DNA of 64,000 nucleotides from Escherichia coli (GTDB lineage Bacteria; Pseudomonadota; Gammaproteobacteria; Enterobacterales; Enterobacteriaceae): NCBI RefSeq assembly GCF_030384885.1, contig NZ_CP128613.1; one strand, 5' to 3'. Shown piece by piece: positions 56,557 to 64,000 of this stretch (position 1 is its first letter; each line of letters starts with the position of its first letter). The notes under the pieces were generated by a model. It saw only the letters and a program-made list of their open reading frames with translations, ran no database searches and was not told where the DNA came from. The position numbers and the translations under genes were made by a program.

Positions 56557-57411
56557 TTACACCAACGCCCCGTAAATCGTCAGTAGCGCAATTACCACCA
56601 CGACCACGAACGAGGTTTTCTTCGCCATTGAAACCGCTGCCTTTGGCGTCTCCACCTTATCGACATGCGGTTCACGCGCCAGAGAGAACTGTGCCAGACG
56701 CGTTAATACCTGATATTGCGAAGTATGGAAATCACCCAGCGAAGCAAACCAGGCCGGTAACGCTTTCTCACCATGACCGATCAAGGCATATACCACACCC
56801 GCAAGACGAACCGGCACCCAATCCAGTACATGAAGCACGGCATCAATGCCGGACTGTAAACGATGATGCGGCGTCTGGTATCGCGCCAGCCAGTATTGCC
56901 ATGCACGCAAAAACGCATACCCCATCAGCGTAACGGGTCCCCAGGTTCCCCCCACAATCAGCCAGAACAGCGGAGCAAGATAAAAACGAAAGTTAATCCA
57001 CAGCAATGCATTTTGCAGCTCACGCAAATACTCACGTTCATCGCAGCCTGCCGGGACGCCGTGAATCATGGTGAGTTCGCCAGCCATCGTGGCACGGGCA
57101 TGGCTATCATTACGTGAAGCAGCTGTCAGATAAGCATGATAATGAAGACGAACTTTACCTGCGCCAATACACAGCAAACCAATCAGCAGCCACACCAGCA
57201 GCGTGGGAACGTTGAACAATACTCCCTGCAATGCGCGTAACAGTAAAAAAGTCACGCCCATCGCAATAATGGTCATGCCTAATGTGCGCCCGAGAGAAAA
57301 ATGTTTCACCCGCCGGAAGAACGCCTCAAGACGATGATCAAGCTGCCAGTGCTCGCCCAGCTTAAACAGGCGCTCGAAAATTAACACCAATAGGGTTGTA
57401 AACAGCGTCAT
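56557..57411 (-). CDS. ampE: Inner membrane protein AmpE
   Basis: 284 aa from [16 protein letters not shown]; overlaps the ampD stop. Confidence 0.92.
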
Positions 57412-57959
57412 GTTGTCTCCTTGCTGACCAGGGCGCGAAACCGTGCCCAATCAAAGGCGGGGCCGGGATCGGTTTTCCGATCCGGCGCAATATCACAATG
57501 GCCCGTCATGTTATTAGCGATATCTGGATAGCGATCAATCAGTGCCCGCGTAACCGCCGCAAGCTGTTGATACTGCGCATCGGTATACGCCAGCGTATCG
57601 GTGCCTTCCAGCTCAATCCCAATAGAAAAATCATTGCAGCGTTCGCGCCCCTGATACTGAGAGACTCCGGCATGCCAGGCACGTTTATCGAAAGGAACAT
57701 ACTGGACTATTTCACCATCGCGGCGAATCAAACAGTGAGCGGAGACGCGCAAATGGGCGATCTCAGCAAAGAAAGGATGTGCCTGCGGATCAATAGTTCC
57801 AGTGAATAATGCGTCGATCCACGGACCGCCAAACTCGCCTGGCGGCAGGCTAATATTGTGCACCACCAGCAGGGTGGGTGTTTCGTCATCCGGGCGGCAA
57901 TCGTAATGTGGTGAGGGAACGCGGCGCGCGCCAACCAGCCACCCCTGTTCTAACAACAT
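57408..57959 (-). CDS. ampD: 1,6-anhydro-N-acetylmuramyl-L-alanine amidase AmpD
   Basis: 183 aa from [20 protein letters not shown]. Confidence 0.95.
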
Positions 57960-57986
57960 GCAGGATCTCCTTATATGTGGTGCTAA

Positions 57987-58940
<954 letters not shown>

Positions 58941-59142
58941 TTGCTGACAGATTTATCCGCTCCATCGCGGGCGGATAATCTCCCCTTTCCCAACTTTCTT
59001 CGTAACGCCTCGCAAATTTCTTGTCTTTCGCTGCAACGTAATAAAAAACTCCGGAAGCTGCTTTCCCGTTTCGTTTTTTGCCCCTCGCTTGTGCTGATGG
59101 CGTTTGCCAAAGTAGCGCCAACCAAATCAAGGAGCGAAACAA

Positions 59143-59583
59143 ATGGACAAGCAACGCGGTTTTACACTTATCGAACTGATGGTGGTTATTGGCATCATTG
59201 CCATTTTAAGCGCCATTGGTATTCCCGCTTATCAAAACTACCTGCGCAAAGCCGCACTCACCGACATGCTACAAACCTTTGTGCCTTACCGTACCGCCGT
59301 AGAGTTGTGCGCGCTGGAACATGGTGGATTAGATACCTGCGACGGTGGCAGCAATGGCATTCCCTCGCCTACCACCACCCGCTATGTTTCAGCCATGAGT
59401 GTGGCAAAGGGCGTGGTGTCGCTGACCGGGCAAGAAAGTCTCAATGGGCTAAGCGTCGTCATGACACCGGGTTGGGATAACGCAAACGGCGTCACCGGCT
59501 GGACGCGCAACTGCAATATTCAAAGTGACAGCGCATTGCAGCAAGCCTGCGAAGATGTCTTTCGCTTTGATGACGCCAACTAA
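59143..59583 (+). CDS. ppdD: Type IV prepilin PpdD
   Basis: 146 aa; class III leader MDKQRGFTLIELMVVIGIIAIL (G/F cleavage site, Glu+5). Confidence 0.93.
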   Translation: MDKQRGFTLIELMVVIGIIAILSAIGIPAYQNYLRKAALTDMLQTFVPYRTAVELCALEHGGLDTCDGGSNGIPSPTTTRYVSAMSVAKGVVSLTGQESLNGLSVVMTPGWDNANGVTGWTRNCNIQSDSALQQACEDVFRFDDAN

Positions 59584-59592
59584 GGAGCGGCA

Positions 59593-60978
59593 ATGAATAT
59601 TCCACAGCTCACCGCCCTGTGTCTGCGTTATCAGGGAGTCTTGCTGGATGCCAGCAAAGAGGTGGTTCATGTTGCGGTGGTCGATGCCCCTTCGCATGAG
59701 CTACTGGACGCATTGCATTTCGCTACCACCAAACGTATTGAGATCACCTGCTGGACGCGCCAACAAATGGAAGGTCACGCCAGTCGCACCCAACAGACAT
59801 TGCCCGTAGCTATTCATGAGAAGCATCAGCCCAAAGCAGAGTTACTGACTCGAACGTTACAATCTGCGCTGGAACAACGCGCGTCTGATATTCATATCGA
59901 ACCAGCGGACAATGCCTACCGCATCCGCTTGCGTATCGACGGTGTATTGCATCCTTTACCGGATGTTTTACCGGATGCCGGAGTCGCATTAACCGCCAGA
60001 TTAAAAGTGCTGGGCAACCTGGATATCGCGGAACATCGCCTGCCACAGGACGGGCAATTCACTGTCGAACTGGGCGGGAACGCCGTCTCATTTCGCATTG
60101 CTACCTTGCCATGTCGCGGCGGTGAAAAGGTGGTATTACGGTTGTTACAGCAGGTGGACCAGGCGCTGGATATCAACACGCTGGGGATGCAACCATCACA
60201 ACTGACTGACTTTACCTACGCCTTGCAGCAACCACAGGGATTGGTGCTGGTAACTGGCCCTACTGGCAGCGGCAAAACGGTCACGCTGTATAGCGCCCTG
60301 CAAACGCTAAATATCGCTGATATTAATATTTGCAGCGTGGAAGATCCGATTGAGATCCCCATAGCCGGACTAAACCAGACGCAAATCCATCCGCGTGCCG
60401 GTCTTACCTTTCAGGGCGTTTTGCGTGCGTTATTGCGCCAGGACCCTGACGTCATCATGATCGGAGAGATCCGCGATGGCGAAACGGCAGAAATTGCCAT
60501 TAAAGCCGCGCAAACGGGCCACCTGGTGTTGTCTACCCTACACACGAATTCCACCTGCGAAACGCTGGTACGTTTACAGCAAATGGGAGTCGCCCGCTGG
60601 ATGCTCTCATCGGCGCTTACGCTGGTAATAGCCCAGCGTCTGGTACGTAAACTTTGCCCACATTGTCGCCTGCAGCAAGGGGAGCCCATCCATATTCCAG
60701 ACAATGTATGGCCGTCGCCGCTGCCCCGCTGGCAAGCACCCGGTTGTGTACATTGCTACCACGGTTTTTATGGTCGCACTGCCTTATTTGAAGTTCTGCC
60801 CATAACACCGTTCATACGTCAGCTTATTTCCGCTAATACCGACGTTGAATCGCTGGAAACGCACGCCCGACAGGCGGGTATGCGAACGCTTTTTGAAAAC
60901 GGCTGCCTGGCCGTGGAGCAAGGCTTAACCACCTTTGAAGAGTTAATCCGCGTATTGGGAATGCCGCATGGCGAGTAA
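59593..60978 (+). CDS. hofB: Type IV pilus assembly ATPase (GspE/PilB family)
   Basis: 461 aa; Walker A GPTGSGKT; tetracysteine motif CPHC...C..C. Confidence 0.92.
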   Translation: MNIPQLTALCLRYQGVLLDASKEVVHVAVVDAPSHELLDALHFATTKRIEITCWTRQQMEGHASRTQQTLPVAIHEKHQPKAELLTRTLQSALEQRASDIHIEPADNAYRIRLRIDGVLHPLPDVLPDAGVALTARLKVLGNLDIAEHRLPQDGQFTVELGGNAVSFRIATLPCRGGEKVVLRLLQQVDQALDINTLGMQPSQLTDFTYALQQPQGLVLVTGPTGSGKTVTLYSALQTLNIADINICSVEDPIEIPIAGLNQTQIHPRAGLTFQGVLRALLRQDPDVIMIGEIRDGETAEIAIKAAQTGHLVLSTLHTNSTCETLVRLQQMGVARWMLSSALTLVIAQRLVRKLCPHCRLQQGEPIHIPDNVWPSPLPRWQAPGCVHCYHGFYGRTALFEVLPITPFIRQLISANTDVESLETHARQAGMRTLFENGCLAVEQGLTTFEELIRVLGMPHGE

Positions 60979-62170
60979 GCAACTCTGGCGCTGGCATGGC
61001 ATAACCGGCGACGGCAATGCGCAAGATGGAATGCTATGGGCAGAAAGCCGTGCTTTGCTGCTTATGGCACTTCAGCAACAGATGGTTACCCCACTTAGCC
61101 TGAAGCGAATCGCCATCAATTCTGCGCAGTGGCGAGGAGATAAAAGCGCGGAAGTCATTCATCAACTGGCGACGCTACTCAAAGCCGGGTTAACCCTTTC
61201 TGAAGGGCTGGCACTGCTTGCGGAACAGCATCCCAGTAAGCAATGGCAAGCGTTACTGCAATCACTGGCGCTCGATCTCGAACAGGGCGTTGCCTTTTCG
61301 AATGCCTTATTACCCTGGTCAGAGGTATTTCCGCCGCTCTATCAGGCAATGATCCGCACGGGGGAATTGACCGGTAAGTTAGATGAATGTTGCTTTGAAC
61401 TTGCTCGACAGCAAAAAGCCCAGCGTCAGTTAGCCGATAAAGTGAAATCAGCGTTGCGTTATCCCATCATCATTTTAGCGATGGCAATAATGGTGGTTGT
61501 GGCAATGCTGCATTTTGTGCTGCCGGAGTTTGCTGCTATTTATAAGACCTTCAACACCCCACTACCGGTACTAACGCAGGGGATCATGACGCTGGCAGAC
61601 TTTAGTGGCGAATGGGGCTGGCTGCTGCTGTTGTTCGGCTTACTGCTGGCAATAGCCAATAAGTTGCTGATGCGCCGCCCGACCTGGCTTATCGCGCGGC
61701 AGAAATGGCTGTTACGCATCCCGATTATGGGTTCACTGATGCGGGGACAAAAACTCACGCAGATCTTTACGATTCTGGCGCTGACTCAAAGTGCAGGCAT
61801 TACTTTTTTACAGGGCGTAGAGAGCGTCAGAGAAACAATGCGCTGCCCGTACTGGGTGCAACTTCTGACACAAATCCAGCACGATATCAGTAACGGTCAT
61901 CCCATCTGGCTGGCGCTAAAAAATACCGGTGAGTTTAGCCCGCTCTGTTTGCAATTAGTGAGAACAGGAGAGGTATCCGGCTCGCTGGATCTCATGTTAG
62001 ACAACCTCGCCCATCATCATCGGGATAACACAATGGCGCTGGCGGATAACCTCGCAGCCTTACTGGAACCGGCGTTGCTGATCATAACGGGAGGAATTAT
62101 CGGTACGCTGGTGGTGGCAATGTATTTGCCAATTTTCCATTTAGGCGATGCGATGAGTGGGATGGGATAA
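60968..62170 (+). CDS. hofC: Type IV pilus inner membrane platform protein (GspF/PilC family)
   Basis: 400 aa; overlaps the hofB stop. Confidence 0.92.
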   Translation: MASKQLWRWHGITGDGNAQDGMLWAESRALLLMALQQQMVTPLSLKRIAINSAQWRGDKSAEVIHQLATLLKAGLTLSEGLALLAEQHPSKQWQALLQSLALDLEQGVAFSNALLPWSEVFPPLYQAMIRTGELTGKLDECCFELARQQKAQRQLADKVKSALRYPIIILAMAIMVVVAMLHFVLPEFAAIYKTFNTPLPVLTQGIMTLADFSGEWGWLLLLFGLLLAIANKLLMRRPTWLIARQKWLLRIPIMGSLMRGQKLTQIFTILALTQSAGITFLQGVESVRETMRCPYWVQLLTQIQHDISNGHPIWLALKNTGEFSPLCLQLVRTGEVSGSLDLMLDNLAHHHRDNTMALADNLAALLEPALLIITGGIIGTLVVAMYLPIFHLGDAMSGMG

Positions 62171-62171
62171 C

Positions 62172-62195
62172 GCTGGCGTGTTACTCCACGCCAGC
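62172..62195. terminator. Bidirectional hairpin terminator between hofC and guaC
   Basis: GCTGGCGTG-TTACTC-CACGCCAGC. Confidence 0.7.
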
Positions 62196-62204
62196 ATTGG
62201 GAGA

Positions 62205-63248
62205 TTACAGATTGTTGAAGATGCGGTTTTCTTGTTCCTGTACACGGATAAACGTAGTGCGCTTGGTCAGCTCTTTCAGGCGTGAAGCCCCAACGTATGT
62301 ACAAGCTGAACGCAGGCCGCCCAAAATATCACGCGCGGTATTTTCAACCGGGCCTCGCAGCGGCAGCTTAACGGTTTTACCTTCTGCTGCGCGATATTCC
62401 GCAACGCCGCCAACGTGACGTTTCATCGCAGACTCGGAGCTCATGCCGTAGAACAGCATAAATTTCTCGCCGTTCTCCTCAACGATGCGACCGCCGCTCT
62501 CTTCGTGGCCCGCCAGCATGCCGCCAAGCATGACGAAATCGGCACCGCCGCCAAAGGCTTTCGCGACATCGCCCGGCGTGGTGCAGCCACCGTCGCTGAC
62601 GATCATTCCGCCCAGACCATGCGCAGCATCGGCACATTCGATCACCGCAGAAAGTTGCGGATAACCGACGCCTGTTTTGACGCGAGTTGTACAAACAGAA
62701 CCTGGGCCAATGCCAACTTTAACGATATCAGCACCGGAGAGGATAAGCTCCTCACACATTTCACCAGTCACGACGTTGCCAGCACAAATGGTTTTGGTCG
62801 GCCACGCTTCACGCGCTTTCGCAACGAACTGCACGAAGTGTTCAGAATAACCATTCGCCACATCAATACAAACGAAGTTTAATGCCGGGTTCAGGTCGAG
62901 AATCTGTTTAGTTTTTTCGAAATCCGCATCAGACGTACCGGTAGAAACCATCACATGTTTCAGCACATCAGCGGAAGAATTGTTGATAAACGCTTGCCAC
63001 TCTTCGACAGAATAGTGTTTATGCACAGCAGTCAGAATATCAAAAGAAGCCAGCGCAGAGGCCATAGAAAATGTGCCTACGGTGTCCATATTTGCGGCGA
63101 TAATCGGCACGCCGGACCAGCTCTGACCTGAATGTTTGAAGGTGAATTGACGTTCCAGTTCAACATCGGAACGGCTTTTAAGAGTGGAGCGTTTAGGGCG
63201 GATGAGAACGTCTTTAAAACCTAACTTCAGATCTTCTTCAATACGCAT
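62205..63248 (-). CDS. guaC: GMP reductase
   Basis: 347 aa from [32 protein letters not shown] fold motifs. Confidence 0.96.
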
Positions 63249-63472
63249 GTGCGGATTCCTGGGGTTAATGGCTATAAGGGTAAGAGCGCAACTCCAGTGA
63301 CGCTATCATACGCACTAATCAATGCGGCGCAAGACTGCGAAATTGTCTTTTTTTACGCTACAATCCCATAAATTTACCTGGTAAATAGTGAGCGAACGTT
63401 TCATCAATTTCGCTTTCGTGCGCTCATTTTTAACGTTTTGATAATCATGATGAATTCCCGGGAATATAAATT

Positions 63473-64000
63473 ATGAGGTATATAGTTGCCTTAACGGGAG
63501 GCATTGGCAGTGGCAAGAGTACCGTTGCCAATGCGTTTGCTGATCTCGGAATTAACGTCATTGATGCCGATATTATTGCGCGTCAGGTGGTTGAACCAGG
63601 TGCACCTGCGCTACATGCCATTGCTGATCACTTTGGCGCTAACATGATTGCTGTTGATGGAACATTGCAGCGCCGGGCCTTGCGCGAGCGGATTTTCGCC
63701 AACCCGGAAGAGAAAAACTGGCTTAACGCCCTGCTGCATCCGCTGATTCAGCAAGAGACGCAACACCAGATCCAGCAAGCAACTTCCCCCTATGTACTGT
63801 GGGTTGTGCCATTGCTGGTAGAAAACTCATTGTATAAAAAAGCGAATCGAGTGCTGGTGGTGGATGTCAGCCCAGAAACGCAACTTAAACGCACCATGCA
63901 GCGCGATGATGTCACTCGCGAGCATGTTGAACAAATTCTTGCTGCTCAGGCAACGCGCGAAGCCCGCCTTGCCGTGGCAGATGACGTCATTGATAATAAC
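63473..64000 (+). CDS. coaE: Dephospho-CoA kinase, 5' portion (gene continues beyond window end)
   Basis: From [22 protein letters not shown] (P-loop); no stop codon before the window end. Confidence 0.92.
   Translation, partial: MRYIVALTGGIGSGKSTVANAFADLGINVIDADIIARQVVEPGAPALHAIADHFGANMIAVDGTLQRRALRERIFANPEEKNWLNALLHPLIQQETQHQIQQATSPYVLWVVPLLVENSLYKKANRVLVVDVSPETQLKRTMQRDDVTREHVEQILAAQATREARLAVADDVIDNN

Overview
This ~64 kb window reads as an Escherichia coli-type chromosomal core segment running fhuB-fhuD-fhuC-fhuA ... guaC-coaE, in the opposite orientation to the usual K-12 map (K-12 order recalled from memory, not searched). Almost every gene matches the K-12 synteny block b0103-b0153: the fhuACDB ferrichrome uptake operon, mrcB, hrpB, thpR, sfsA, dksA, gluQ, pcnB, folK, the seven-gene yad fimbrial operon, panBCD, rpnC, yadEIHG, can, hpt, gcd, cueO, yacC, speED, yacL, acnB, yacH, the pdhR-aceEF-lpd cluster, aroP, ampDE, nadC, ppdD-hofBC, guaC and the start of coaE. 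All appear intact, with no pseudogenes, tRNAs, rRNAs, IS elements, prophage genes or CRISPR arrays. The one clear departure is a ~5.2 kb AT-rich insertion between the mrcB terminator and the Fur-regulated fhuA promoter (about 4.3-9.65 kb). It carries a complete four-gene chaperone-usher fimbrial operon (major pilin, chaperone, usher, two-domain tip adhesin) that I do not recall at this locus in K-12, and it is the best candidate for a strain-specific or uncharacterised system here. Smaller points of interest are homopolymer tracts inside the island usher gene (A9) and the yadC adhesin gene (C8), the non-canonical AUU start of pcnB, the dksA terminator abutting gluQ, an ERIC element, and several regulator operators (Fur, CueR, PdhR, TyrR) readable directly from the sequence. 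Several ORF-track N-termini were trimmed to internal starts matching known protein N-termini.
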